Shown here: positions 1 through 10,600 of the stretch, one piece after another
How positions within the stretch are numbered: the first letter of the stretch is position 1
Layout: each line of letters begins with the position of its first letter
Virus record (IMG/VR): IMGVR_UViG_3300043607_000045
Coordinates: 7,161-71,160 of that record
Strand: one strand, 5' to 3'
Source: a virus
Length of the DNA stretch: 64,000 nucleotides
Translations under genes and position numbers: made by a program
The notes under the pieces: generated by a model
The model's input: the letters and a program-made list of their open reading frames with translations, nothing else
What the model was told of the DNA's origin: nothing
Database searches by the model: none

Positions 1-1
1 G

Positions 2-373
2 GCGGATAATGCCCTCGCGATCGCGCAGCAACCGAGTGTCGGGCCACCGGTGCCGCCGGTCACCGGTCCTGGGGGCGGGCCGCCGATCGGCCCTCCGCCA
101 GGCGACCCGGGCAGCCAGACCAACCCGATCATCGCGATGTCGGCCGACCCGGCGGCGATCGCGGCGTCGGTGCGGCTGAGTCTGCAGTCCTACGGGATCG
201 GCTTCAACCCGAGCGTCGATCAGTACTGGATCGACCATGCCAGCACGGTCGGCCAGTTCTCCAACGGCAAGTGGTACTTGGGCTGGAACGCCTACTGGCA
301 CGCGCGGGCCAACCCCTCGAACACCGGCAGCGCCGACCCGAACCTGGGTGACGAACCGTCCCCCGCCGGGTAA
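2..373 (+). CDS. Virion-associated protein, C-terminal part (5' truncated)
   Basis: Frame is open from position 2; Pro-rich linker then Trp/Tyr-rich domain; lies in the virion module. Confidence 0.7.
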   Translation, partial: ADNALAIAQQPSVGPPVPPVTGPGGGPPIGPPPGDPGSQTNPIIAMSADPAAIAASVRLSLQSYGIGFNPSVDQYWIDHASTVGQFSNGKWYLGWNAYWHARANPSNTGSADPNLGDEPSPAG

Positions 374-391
374 GTGAGCCCGGTTTCGGGG

Positions 392-397
392 TACACT
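392..397 (+). promoter_or_regulatory. Candidate -10 box (TACACT) for a leaderless transcript
   Basis: TACACT lies 7 nt before ATG 405; no SD in the gap. Confidence 0.4.
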
Positions 398-404
398 CCG
401 GCCC

Positions 405-842
405 ATGTCGCCTATCGGGGAGGCCCCGCCGGCGGTGGTGCTCCCCCTTCGACCGACCTACGCCACCCGCGTCCTCCCGCCCGCCGAGTGGGACCGCCTG
501 CAGGTGCTCCCCTTTGCGGCCAATGGCCTGCCCGACCCGGATAGCACGATCATCTTCGTCGACGAGACTCCTGGAGGTGAGATCGTCGGCATCTGGGGGA
601 TCTTCCTGCAGCCGATGCTGGATGGGCTGTGGGTGCATCCGGACCACCGCTCGACGATTGTCGCCGGCCAGCTGCTCAAGGCGGTGAAGACCTTCATGCT
701 GGAGACCGGGGTGCGCGCCGCCTTCACCCAGATCTCCGAGCCCGGGGTGATGACCCTGGCGCACAAAGCGGGGTTTACCCGCGCGCCCGGCGATCTCTGG
801 TGGCTGCAGGTGCAGCCGGATCCCCCCACCGAGGAGCCCTAA
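405..842 (+). CDS. GNAT-fold acetyltransferase (podovirus gp13-like position)
   Basis: LWVHPDHRS...AGQLL motif A and KAGF motif B; sits just before the ejection proteins. Confidence 0.75.
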   Translation: MSPIGEAPPAVVLPLRPTYATRVLPPAEWDRLQVLPFAANGLPDPDSTIIFVDETPGGEIVGIWGIFLQPMLDGLWVHPDHRSTIVAGQLLKAVKTFMLETGVRAAFTQISEPGVMTLAHKAGFTRAPGDLWWLQVQPDPPTEEP

Positions 843-1468
843 TGCCTGTCGTGCCTCTGGCGATCATGGCCGGCGGGGCGATCATCTCGCACTACGCCAA
901 CAAGAAGGCTACCGCCGACGCGGCCAAGCGCTCGCCTGAAGAGACCGCGGCGCAGGGGGCGGCTAGCACCGGCGCGACCACGCTCCAGGACAAGGGCGCC
1001 GAGTCGATGACCACCGGCGCCGACACCCAGCGGCCGGCGACCAACTACTACGACACCCTGCTGCGGGGGGATCGCGCGTCGGCGGCGCAGGCGACCGCGG
1101 CCCCCGCGGCGCGGATCACCGACATCTACTCGGGCGCCCAGAAGAACCTGGAGCAGCAGGGCGTGCGGGGTGCGCAGAAGGATGTGGCGAGCGCCGACCT
1201 CAATAAGAATCGCGCCTCCTCGCTCGCCGGGCTGGTCACCGGGGTCCAGCCGGCGGCCGCGGCCGCGCTCACCTCGATCGGCCAGACGCAGCAGGCCCAG
1301 GGGATCGGCGCGACCACCTCGGGCAACAGCACCTTCACCAACCTGCTCGGGCAGGGCCAGCAGAACCGCCAGGCGGCGCAACCCGCCGGCACCTCCGCGG
1401 CCGCGAGTGTGGGATCCCTGGCGACCGGCGCGGCGAAGCTCTACACCGACTGGAGCGCGAACCGGTAA
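842..1468 (+). CDS. Internal virion/ejection protein 1
   Basis: TAATG coupling at 840-844; hydrophobic N-terminus MPVVPLAIMAGGAIIS; Ala/Gln/Thr-rich helical body. Confidence 0.7.
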   Translation: MPVVPLAIMAGGAIISHYANKKATADAAKRSPEETAAQGAASTGATTLQDKGAESMTTGADTQRPATNYYDTLLRGDRASAAQATAAPAARITDIYSGAQKNLEQQGVRGAQKDVASADLNKNRASSLAGLVTGVQPAAAAALTSIGQTQQAQGIGATTSGNSTFTNLLGQGQQNRQAAQPAGTSAAASVGSLATGAAKLYTDWSANR

Positions 1469-3594
1469 TGGGCTTCCTGGACGGCTTCCTCGGCGGCGTC
1501 GTGTCTCAGCACCAGCGGATCGAGGATCAGAACCGCGAGGATGCGGCCTCGTCGCAGCAGCGCGAACAGGCGGTCCTCCAGCACCTCCTCAACTCGGACG
1601 ACCCCGAGATCAAGAAGCTCGCCGTCGCGGGGATGCTGCAGTCGACCCAACCCAAGAAGCGTAAAGGTGGCTTCGCCGGCTGGCTTGGCGAGATGCAGAC
1701 CAACCCGCACATGGACAAGATCAGCGCGCTGGTCGCGCAGGATCAGGCGGTCGGGCACACGGTCCCGACCGAGGTCGCCCATGCCGCAGGGCAGCATGTC
1801 GCCGCGGGGGATCCGGGGGCGGGGGTCGCGGCGATCACGACCGGCGTCGCCGATCATGGGCAGGGTCCGACGGGGACGGCAGGGAACCTCGGGACCAGCC
1901 GGACGGGTGCGACGCCGCCCTTCATCGATCCTGCGCAAGCTGCACGGATGCGACCGACGGGCCTCCCGCCGCTCGACATGAGTGGGTACACGGGTCCGCC
2001 GCCGCCGGAAGCCCCGACCACCAGTGCACCCGCGGGATCCCCGGCCGGATCGCCCGTCGCGTCGGGTGAGGCGCCTGGGCCATCGGTCCCGAGTGTGGTC
2101 ACCAGCCCCGAAGCGCCCGCGGCCGCCGGCAGCGCGTCGATGCCTGGGGAGAAGTCGCTCACCGAGGTGGGCAGTGCGCCGCCGGCCCCGACGTCGGCGC
2201 CTGCGCCAGCGGCCGCTCCCCAGACCGCGGTCCCGGCCGCCCTGCTCGGCCAGCCCAAAGCCCCGGCGGATGCCGCGGCCAGTCCGATGGCGCCCCCGAC
2301 CTCGGGGATGGTGGGCTCGACCCCGCCGGCGGCCGTCGCGGCGACGACCAAGCCGGGGATCCCCCCGACCGCGATCCTCGGCCAGGCCCAGCCTGCCGCG
2401 CAGCCGCCCGTCGGCGCCGGCCCTGGATCCCCCCGCGGCGACGTCTTCCGCACGCCCGAGACCCAGGCGCGCCTGACCAAGAAGGCGCAGTCCCAGGGCG
2501 ACGTCGAAGGCGATGTCGCCGGCTATGTGTCCATGGGGATGAGTCAGGAGGAGGCGGTCGCGCAGGTGCGCGCGGAGCGGATCCGCCGCGGCACGGGCAC
2601 CGCCGGCGGCTACCAGGGCGTCGCCGGCGAGATGCCGGATCCGGAGAATCCCGGGAAGACGATCCGGGTCAACGGCGCCTTCGACCGCGCCAAGGGGACC
2701 TACGTCGGGACCGACCCCGACTCGCCCTACTACGGGATCCCGATCCCCGGGTTTGTGAGCCGGCAGACGGGCGCACAGGGGCAGACGCCCGAGCAGATCA
2801 AGCTCAATACCACCGCCCGGCTCCAGGCGACCAACGAGGCCAAGCTCGATGCCCCGATCGGCGTCACGGCCGCGGAGCGCTACGGGGTGCCGGCGAACAC
2901 CACCTTGCGGCAGCTGACCGACAAGATCCCCCTCAGCCAGGCGGACCAGGACAAGATCCATGGGATCTCCACCCTGGAGGGATCCCTGAACACGGTCGAG
3001 AGCCTCCTCCCGAAGGTGTTCCCCGACGTCGGGACCGGCTTCGGCGCCCGGATCAAGACCGCGCTCTCCCTCTTCTCCCAGAGCGCCGGCCGGCAGGTCG
3101 ACATCACCGCGCTCAACGCCGCGATCGCCTCGACGATGGCGGGGATCGTGCGGGCCAACGGGATCACCCAGCGCCTCAACGTGAAGGAACTCGACCTGGC
3201 GCAGCAGCAGATGGTCAATACCTCGGTGCTGCACGGCGACACGCTCGACTCGGCCCAGGAGAAGATGGTGATCCTGCGGGATCTGGTCTCGCGGGTGCAG
3301 GTCGGGCCGCTGGCGCAGTCGGTGCCCGGCGCGACGCCGCCGGTCGGTGCGCCGCCTCCGCCGCCGGGAGCCTCCGCTGCTGTGGCGCCGTCCGGAATGC
3401 CGGCGCCGGTGGCGGGACCTCCCCCGGCGGCGGGGGCGGCTCCAGCGGCCGCGGCGACGCCGGCTCCTCAGAAGGCGGGCGCGGCGCCGGCCAAGGCGCC
3501 TGCGAAGGCGACCCCGGCGAAGGCGGGGACCCCCGCGCCGGCCGGCTACACCATGGTCGGCGGCGTGCTGTACTTCAACGGAAAGCCCTACTAG
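1468..3594 (+). CDS. Internal virion/ejection protein 2 with long Pro/Ala low-complexity tracts
   Basis: MGFLDGFLGG start typical of ejection proteins; TAATG coupling; high GC3. Confidence 0.7.
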   Translation: MGFLDGFLGGVVSQHQRIEDQNREDAASSQQREQAVLQHLLNSDDPEIKKLAVAGMLQSTQPKKRKGGFAGWLGEMQTNPHMDKISALVAQDQAVGHTVPTEVAHAAGQHVAAGDPGAGVAAITTGVADHGQGPTGTAGNLGTSRTGATPPFIDPAQAARMRPTGLPPLDMSGYTGPPPPEAPTTSAPAGSPAGSPVASGEAPGPSVPSVVTSPEAPAAAGSASMPGEKSLTEVGSAPPAPTSAPAPAAAPQTAVPAALLGQPKAPADAAASPMAPPTSGMVGSTPPAAVAATTKPGIPPTAILGQAQPAAQPPVGAGPGSPRGDVFRTPETQARLTKKAQSQGDVEGDVAGYVSMGMSQEEAVAQVRAERIRRGTGTAGGYQGVAGEMPDPENPGKTIRVNGAFDRAKGTYVGTDPDSPYYGIPIPGFVSRQTGAQGQTPEQIKLNTTARLQATNEAKLDAPIGVTAAERYGVPANTTLRQLTDKIPLSQADQDKIHGISTLEGSLNTVESLLPKVFPDVGTGFGARIKTALSLFSQSAGRQVDITALNAAIASTMAGIVRANGITQRLNVKELDLAQQQMVNTSVLHGDTLDSAQEKMVILRDLVSRVQVGPLAQSVPGATPPVGAPPPPPGASAAVAPSGMPAPVAGPPPAAGAAPAAAATPAPQKAGAAPAKAPAKATPAKAGTPAPAGYTMVGGVLYFNGKPY

Positions 3595-6417
3595 ATGGAT
3601 CCCCTGGACGTCGGGGGACCGCCGCCGGCAGCCGACACGCCGACGGCCGCGCCGGCCGCGACGACCCCCACCGCGACTGCCTCGCGCCCCGCCACCCTGC
3701 AGGACATCGCCGAGGCGGAAGCCAAGAAGCAGGGCGTCGACCCGCGCCTGGTGCACGCCGTCATCAATACCGAGTCGAGCTGGAACCCGGCGGCGAAGTC
3801 GCCCAAGGGCGCCATGGGGCTGATGCAGCTGATGCCGGCGACCGCGGCGAAGTGGAAGGTCGACCCGGCCGACCCGGTGCAGAACATCCGCGGCGGGGTG
3901 AGCGAGCTGAAGGCGCTGTCGGTCGAGCACAAGGGCGACGTCACGATGATGCTGCGGCGCTACAACGGATCCCCCAAGGCGACGCCCGAGGCGACTCAGC
4001 CCTATGTCGACAAAGTCCTCGGCCAGCTCAAACCCTCGACACCGCCGACCCCCGGTGAGGACCCCGCGGCGCCGGCCCCGACCGTCGGCACGCCCCCGCC
4101 GGCTGCCCCTGAAGGCTGGGGCGCCTGGGCCCTCCGGCACGGCAAAGATCTGGCCAGCGCCTTCGATCCGCGCACCCCCGCCGGTCGTCAGACGCTGGCC
4201 GGGGCTGCCGGCGCCGCGGGAGCGACGGCCCTGGTCACCGCCACCGCTCCCGTCTCGCTCCCCGTGCTCGGCCTGGGTGCCGCCACGGCGGGCATCCTGG
4301 GCGCCGCCGGTGGTGGCATGTTGGCGGAGACCGGAGAGCAGCTGGCAGGGACCAAACCGCCCAGCGGCGAGGCCGCGCTGACCGCCGGCGCGACCCAGGG
4401 CGCCCAGGAGGCCGTCGGGCACGGGCTGATGTGGCCGGTGCAGGCGGTCGGCCGGCGACTGATCGGCGGACGGGTGGGGCGCTACGCCGCCGAGGCGATC
4501 GGCGCGGCGAAGACGGCGACCCTCAGCCGGCTGCAGACGGCCCTGGATAGCTCGACCGCACTCCTCCGGACCACCAAGGCCACGGCGAAGGAGGCGAACG
4601 CCCAAGCGGCGACCTCAACCAGGGGGATGGTCACCTCGGCCGCGAATAAGGCCCGCCAGGGCGTCCAGGCGGCCTCCGACCTCGGCGAGGGCCGAGTGGG
4701 CGTCGCCAAAGCCAACGCCGCGCAGGGCGTGACTGCAGCGGAGGAATCCGCCGTCTCGGGCGAGGCCGCCGCGCGCGCGCCGTACGAGAAGGTGGTCGGC
4801 GCCCCGCCCCCCTCCGCCGCCTCAGCCGGGCGGGCGGCCAACGAGGTCATCCAGACCGGTGGCGCGGCTCAGGCGCGCGACCTCGCCGGGAAGGCTGTGG
4901 ATGAGGCGGCACGCTCGGGCCCGGACGTCGACATCACCCAGCTCAAGGCGGAGGCGCAGAAGGTGATCGAGGGGCAGATCCGGCCGCCCGAGGCGAGCTT
5001 CCCGCGGAAGGTCGACGCCGGCGCGACTGATGAGGCGGTGACGGCCGCCACCGGGATGTCCCCCGAGGCGATCGCCGAGCTGCGCACCAGCGGCGCGACC
5101 GACCCAGCGGCCGCCAGCCGGCTCAAACAGATCACCGATGCGGTCGGGAGCGCCCAGGGCGAGGCCGGCCAGGAGAACCTCAAGCACCCGGCGATGGGGA
5201 TCCTCAACCGGATCATGAACGCCGGCGACTCGGTCCCCTTCCATGACGCGCACCTCTGGAAGGTCGAACTGGACAACGCGATCCGCAACACGCGCGACCA
5301 GACGGTGAAGTCGCAGGTCTCGGCCCTGACCCAGAAGTTCACCGGATCCCTCCGCTCCGCGCTGCGCGACGCCGGCCACGCCCCCTATGAGGCGGCGACC
5401 GCGGCCTACGCGAAGATCGCTCCGCTCTACACCAAGGGGCACGCCGTCCGGCTGCGCAAGCTGGCGGTCGAGGAGCCCGAGTCGATCGTCCGGCTGCTCA
5501 ACCCGGCGCAACCGACCAAGGCGAAGATGCTGGTCGACCTGCTCACGACCCAGGCGGCCGAGGGGGGCGACGCGGCCGGCGGGAAAGCCGCGCTCGAAGC
5601 GGTGCAGTCCGCCTGGGTTCGCAAGAAGGTGATCGACGGCGGGATCGAGAAGCTCACCGATCGCATCGACAAGATCCCCCCAGAGTTCCGCACTGCCTTC
5701 CTCAACGATCCGAAGGCCAAGGCGGTCCTCGACAACCTGAAGCTGATGTCGACCGCGTACAAGACCGCGGTGCTGACGGGTGAGAAAGGCGTCGAGACAG
5801 CGACCACCACCGGCGCCGGGCGGGTCGGCGCGGTGAAGGAACTCGGCGCGCAGCGGGTCGGCGCCGTCCGGGAAGCGGGCCAGCAGAGCGTCCAGGCGGC
5901 CAGGACCGCGCGCGAGGGGATCCTCAGTCAGACGCGCCAGGCCGGCGCCGCCCAGGTCGAGCAGGCCGCCGGTGGCGTGCAGCCGGCACGCGCGGCGCTC
6001 CGAGCCGGGGTGAAAGACTTCCGCGGCCAGGAGAGCACGCTCGCCCGCTCCTCGCTGGGCCGCTCGATGGTGCCCGGCGCGGCCGCGGCGACCGGCGCCG
6101 ATGTCCTGCGCGCGATGGCGCTCGGGCCGCATTCCATCTGGGGCGGTCTCTCGATCATCCGGATCCTCCACGGGCCCACCGCAAACGACCTGGTGCACTA
6201 CGCGGCCGCGTCGCCGGCTGGCACGCGCGCCTTCGTCAAGGCAATGACCTCCTCCACGCCGGGGCTCGCGCTGGCGGATCTGGTCCGCACCAGTGGGATC
6301 TTGGAGGAAGGGAAGCGAGTCGGGTCGCAGGCGGGATCCGCCGTGAAGTCGCGCGTCACCGGTGCGGCGCCCCCACCTCCAGCGGCTCAAGAGGTGGGAG
6401 CGCCGCCGCCGCGCTAG
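3595..6417 (+). CDS. Internal virion/ejection protein 3 with N-terminal SLT lytic transglycosylase domain
   Basis: INTESSWNPAAKSPKGAMGLMQLMP and YNG SLT motifs; Gly/Ala hydrophobic segment; long helical body. Confidence 0.88.
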   Translation: MDPLDVGGPPPAADTPTAAPAATTPTATASRPATLQDIAEAEAKKQGVDPRLVHAVINTESSWNPAAKSPKGAMGLMQLMPATAAKWKVDPADPVQNIRGGVSELKALSVEHKGDVTMMLRRYNGSPKATPEATQPYVDKVLGQLKPSTPPTPGEDPAAPAPTVGTPPPAAPEGWGAWALRHGKDLASAFDPRTPAGRQTLAGAAGAAGATALVTATAPVSLPVLGLGAATAGILGAAGGGMLAETGEQLAGTKPPSGEAALTAGATQGAQEAVGHGLMWPVQAVGRRLIGGRVGRYAAEAIGAAKTATLSRLQTALDSSTALLRTTKATAKEANAQAATSTRGMVTSAANKARQGVQAASDLGEGRVGVAKANAAQGVTAAEESAVSGEAAARAPYEKVVGAPPPSAASAGRAANEVIQTGGAAQARDLAGKAVDEAARSGPDVDITQLKAEAQKVIEGQIRPPEASFPRKVDAGATDEAVTAATGMSPEAIAELRTSGATDPAAASRLKQITDAVGSAQGEAGQENLKHPAMGILNRIMNAGDSVPFHDAHLWKVELDNAIRNTRDQTVKSQVSALTQKFTGSLRSALRDAGHAPYEAATAAYAKIAPLYTKGHAVRLRKLAVEEPESIVRLLNPAQPTKAKMLVDLLTTQAAEGGDAAGGKAALEAVQSAWVRKKVIDGGIEKLTDRIDKIPPEFRTAFLNDPKAKAVLDNLKLMSTAYKTAVLTGEKGVETATTTGAGRVGAVKELGAQRVGAVREAGQQSVQAARTAREGILSQTRQAGAAQVEQAAGGVQPARAALRAGVKDFRGQESTLARSSLGRSMVPGAAAATGADVLRAMALGPHSIWGGLSIIRILHGPTANDLVHYAAASPAGTRAFVKAMTSSTPGLALADLVRTSGILEEGKRVGSQAGSAVKSRVTGAAPPPPAAQEVGAPPPR

Positions 6418-6914
6418 ACCTGCTCGGTCGGCTGCCCGAAGGTGAAGCCGGCGCCCACCGCCTGGCCACCCGAGATCGTGAAGTCCTCGGCCGCCGTGAT
6501 CGTCACCACGCCGTCGCCCAGGTCCGCATCACCCGCCCAGCGCACCTGCGCCGACCCGGCCGCCACCGCCTTGACCGTGACGCCCAGCTCGTTGGCGGGA
6601 TCCGCCGTCACCGTGACCACGGCCTCGTCCGACGAGGTGAACACCGAGGTGCCCGGCTGGACCGGAGCCGGCTGGCCCTTCTTGTCGATCGGCTGAATGG
6701 TACCCGAGACCTGCTGTGAATCGCTCATGTTCGTCATGTGAGGCACTCCTGTATGTGAGGGAAGATCTTGCTCCTGAATGGGTCCCAGAAGCCAGAGGAT
6801 CAGCGGGAGCCGTCGGGGCGCCCGCTTGTGGTCGACGGTGATCACCGTCTGATGGTCGCGAATCTGGATCGTCGTCGGCCGGCAGCCGGTGTCGATGACA
6901 AGGGGATCACACAT
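6414..6914 (-). CDS. Ig-like (beta-sandwich) protein; second in-frame start at 6737
   Basis: TAATG-coupled ATG at 6914; AGGAG SD ahead of ATG 6737; FTSSDEAVVTV...GSAQV pattern resembles a Big_2-type domain. Confidence 0.65.
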   Translation of the reverse strand: MCDPLVIDTGCRPTTIQIRDHQTVITVDHKRAPRRLPLILWLLGPIQEQDLPSHTGVPHMTNMSDSQQVSGTIQPIDKKGQPAPVQPGTSVFTSSDEAVVTVTADPANELGVTVKAVAAGSAQVRWAGDADLGDGVVTITAAEDFTISGGQAVGAGFTFGQPTEQV

Positions 6915-7249
6915 TAGAACACCGTCAGGGGCCGAGATTGGGTCGTCCGCGCGTCGCACCCTCGGCCATCGTGCGCGGCGATGAAGAGGACGTAGTCGCC
7001 GCGGACGCGGGGCACGGCGAACCCGATCGCACGGACAAACCGCAGCTCGGCGCCGGTGATCTCGCCGACCACCTGGGTCCCGAGCTGGACCTGGATCCGG
7101 GTCACCGGGGCGCCGCTCAGTACCTGCACGTCGACCCGCCCTTGCGCGCCCACTGCGACTGACGCCGTATAGCCGCTCACCACGATCGTCAGCGGATCAC
7201 CTGGAGTCCCGTTGGGGCAGCCGCTGCCTGCCCCGGGTGTGAGAAAGGG
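6914..7249 (-). CDS. Ig-like C-terminal extension reached by a probable -1 ribosomal frameshift from the upstream gene
   Basis: Protein-like frame with no good start of its own; overlaps the upstream gene from the slippery site C_CCT_TTC at 7249-7243. Confidence 0.6.
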   Translation of the reverse strand, partial: PFLTPGAGSGCPNGTPGDPLTIVVSGYTASVAVGAQGRVDVQVLSGAPVTRIQVQLGTQVVGEITGAELRFVRAIGFAVPRVRGDYVLFIAAHDGRGCDARTTQSRPLTVF

Positions 7250-7632
7250 GGGATGGTGTCGAAGGCTTCGGGCGAATTGATCCCAGACCCATTGACCCAG
7301 CGCAGCGAGCCTGTGTAGAGCGTTGGTCCAAAGGGCAATGACGCCAGCGGTCCCGTCCCCGGATCGGTATAGATACATGCCTTCCCTGGCGTGGCCGGAT
7401 CATCGGCCACGATCCGTGTGGGGTTGACGGTCGAGGGCGTGCCGGTGGGCAGCGCCTGGTTGCAGACGAACCCCGCGCCCCCGATTGGGATGGTGGTCTG
7501 CGTCCCGACGGCGACCGGCGGGGTCGTGTTGGTGTAGACCTGGAAGATCCCGCTGGTGATGGTCTGGGCGTCAGCGGCCGCGGCGAAGCTGCCGAGGGTG
7601 AGCGCCAACACCATGATCCGCAAGCTGTGCAT
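7189..7632 (-). CDS. Secreted protein with a Sec signal peptide
   Basis: MHSLRIMVLALTLGSFAAAADA-Q with an AxA cleavage site; Thr/Pro/Gly beta-rich mature part; TACACT box just upstream. Confidence 0.75.
   Translation of the reverse strand: MHSLRIMVLALTLGSFAAAADAQTITSGIFQVYTNTTPPVAVGTQTTIPIGGAGFVCNQALPTGTPSTVNPTRIVADDPATPGKACIYTDPGTGPLASLPFGPTLYTGSLRWVNGSGINSPEAFDTIPPFSHPGQAAAAPTGLQVIR
7214..7249 (-). promoter_or_regulatory. -1 programmed frameshift signal (slippery heptamer plus 3' stem-loop)
   Basis: In-frame X_XXY_YYZ heptamer C_CCT_TTC, then 8 nt, then stem GGGGCAG/CTGCCCC with a 7 nt loop. Confidence 0.65.
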
Positions 7633-7658
7633 GATGCCCGGTAGTGTAGTCGATCTCT

Positions 7659-10600
7659 TCAGACCGCGCGTTGTAAATCGTCGAAGTCTTCCTCGTCCTC
7701 TGGCTCGACCGGCCGCACCGTGTCCTCGACCGCGTTCCAGGCGGTACCGACCAGATCCTCGGTGTCCTGCCAGTTCATGCCGGCTTTCGCGGCGACGCCG
7801 ATCGTCAGATGCGTCCCGAGTCCCCAGGCGGCCGGTAGAGGCTGCTCGATAATCGGCCGCTGCATTTCCAGGCTGACCTTCTCGCACACCCGGTCCCAGC
7901 TGCGGAAGGGGACCTCGAAGAGCAGTGAGTCGTGGATCGGCGCGCGCAGCGGGGTCCGGCCGTAGTAGGCGTCGCCGATGTAGCTCGGGCTGTCGTGGTC
8001 GGCGAGCAGGCGCAGCTCCACCTCTTTGAGGTCGCCGGCGGCGATGCTCTGGGGGAAGAGCGCGATCGCGCGATTGGCGTCCGGGCCGCGCGAGAGACGG
8101 AAGGGGATCCCGGAGATGTAGGTGATCGGCGCCGCCTGCCCGGCGCGCTGGGCCATCGCGAGCAATCGCAGCTCCTGCGCCCGGGTCAGCCGCTTGTAAG
8201 CGTAGATGCTCCAGAACCAGTGCTTGTACTGGAACGGGTGCCCGACCACGCTCCCCGCCACGCCCAGGGTCGGCGCGGTGAAGCTGTAGGGATCCGCGCC
8301 GCCCAGGTAGTGCTGCCTGGCCGCGGTGTCCATCACCACCTGCTGAAAGATTCGCACGCTGGGGAAGTACTGAAACATGAACTCGACCATCTCGGTCGCC
8401 GACTTCTGAGTCGGGTAGAGATGGGGCCAGGTGTACTGCAGGCCGATCGGCGTCTGGCCGTAGAGCACCCCATAGACCGTGTGCTTCATCTGATCGTAGA
8501 GCAGGGTGCCGGCCTTCTTCTTGATCGTCTTGAGGTGCGCGGCGATGTCCTTGTCGGGGGCCTTCAGGTCGGGCGCATCCTTCAGCCGCTGCGAGATCAG
8601 GTAGGAGTGGATCCCCAGGCGCGCGATCCGCATCAGGAAGGGATCCCGCGCGCACCAGCCGGTCTGCGATGCCTCGATCGCCGAGAAGTCGACCTCCAGC
8701 AGGCGGGATCCCCCGACCAGCCCCGGCGCCTGGCCGGCCCAGGCGGGGATCTCCTGATCCGCCACAACGCAGCGCCGAAACCCGGCCGCCAGTCCTTCAG
8801 GGCCACCCTTGTCGGCGACGACGTTGGTGATGTTGGGATCCACATACGAGAGCCTCATCATGGAGGGTCGGAAGGTGGGGACCGGGTGGAGCCGATCCTC
8901 GCTATCCAGCCGGCGCGCGGTCCCCTCGACGTAGGTCCCCTTTACTTTGACGACGGCTCGGTAGTCGAGGAGGTGTCGGTAGAAGGGATCCTCGGTGGTG
9001 CGACTGAGTCGGATGAGGGTTTCGCGGTCGGTGCTCTCCCCGCCTTTACTCTTTTTGGATCTCCCGGGCTTGTGCTTGCGGGCTTTGATGTAGGCGAGCA
9101 CTTGCTGCCAGGAGTCCGGGTTGAACGGCTCTTGCCAGAACCAGCGTGTAACTGAGGCAACGCCCAGTACAAGCTGTGAATCGCGTCGGCCAGGGCGATC
9201 TGCCCCGCCTGCACCTGGATCATCGCCTGGGAGATCTTCGCAACGATGGCGTCGAGGGACGTCAACGGCGCTGCAGGTGGTGCAGCTCCAGACTTCCTTG
9301 AGGGTGATGCGTTCGAGGAGGCGCGCCTTGGCATACAGCTCCTGCTTGATCTCGGCGACGGGACGACCGGCGCGCGGCTTCCCTTTACGGGTGAAGGCAG
9401 TCGCTTTCACATGGAGGACGTTGTCGAGCGGCCGTTTGACCAGCCCACCCTTGGGCGTCAGCGGACAGATCGCCTCGGGCACACAGAGCTGGATCGCCTG
9501 CATCGAGGCGCGCGCCTTCTCAGCGAGCTGCTGCTTGAAGATCTCCAGGCGCTGGCGATCTATTTTGACTCCGACTAGCTGCGCCGGGCGGAGCACCTCG
9601 CTGTGCAGCCGGTGGGTGTGGCGCTCGGCGATCGCGTATTGCCCGGTCGCGATCAGATCCCGGATCAGGCCGAAGCCGATCCGGTGGTTCTGCATCCCGT
9701 CGGCGGCGCCATAGAGCCCGGGATCACTCTGGGCTTTGTGCTTCCAGGGACCGTAGGTGGAGTAGAACGGGGCCCAGAAGCCGAGGCCCAGCGGGATGTC
9801 GGACTGGAGCACCTTGGCGTACCACATCAGATCGACGACCTTCGACGACTCGCTCTCTAGGAGCCCGCCGCCTCTCACCTGGCGAATGAAGTCGTACTCC
9901 CGGTTCCACATCCAGATGTCGCCGGGACTCGCGTAGAGCCGGCGCAGCTGCTCGCGGTAGCCCTCACCCTCGGGCACCGTGATACCTTCATCCGGATGAC
10001 ACGCCACGTTCTGCCGAATGATCTGGAAACTCCGGTCCTCCGTCGTCAGTTCCCCTTCACTCTTGCCACCAGCCTTGTCTGGAGTCTCGACGTCGCTGGA
10101 GATGGGGTACGCCTGGGGATCCTGCTGGCGCGCTGCGACGACCTGGTCGACCCACGCCGTGAACCAGTCCAGCGGGGGATCAATGATCAGCGTCCCCGGG
10201 TCCACCGGCTTCCCGCTATCGCGCGCGATCTCGGCCTGACGTAGATCCCAGAGCACCGTCCCAATGAGGTTGGTCGCGCCGCGCTGCAGGAATGACGGGT
10301 GATAGGTCGGCACCACCCAGAAGCGATCCCCCGGCTCGCGCAGGATCGCGCCGTGGAAGTCCTGGATCCGGATGTGCTTGTGCGACTCCAGGTGCATCAC
10401 CCGCTTGAGCGCCGTCCCGCCCATCGTGACCACGACCTGGGATCCCGCGGCCAGGGTCTCCTTCTCGGAGTAGCAGCAATGCGCTAGGGCGCCGTAGTAC
10501 CAGGGCGCGCGCTCGTCGAACCAGTCATTCGGCGGCTGGCAGCGGATGCAGTTGTCGATGCGGAACGCCTCGCGCTTCCAGCCGAGGAGAGTGAGCAGGC

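Noticed and set aside
1441-6390. Long antisense ORFs 1441-4605 and 4822-6390
   Set aside because: Arg/Gly-rich shadows of high-GC3 genes on the opposite strand; no motifs
8900-9500. Intein or intron in the polymerase insertion
   Set aside because: No C...HN splice residues, no homing endonuclease motif and no interruption of the frame
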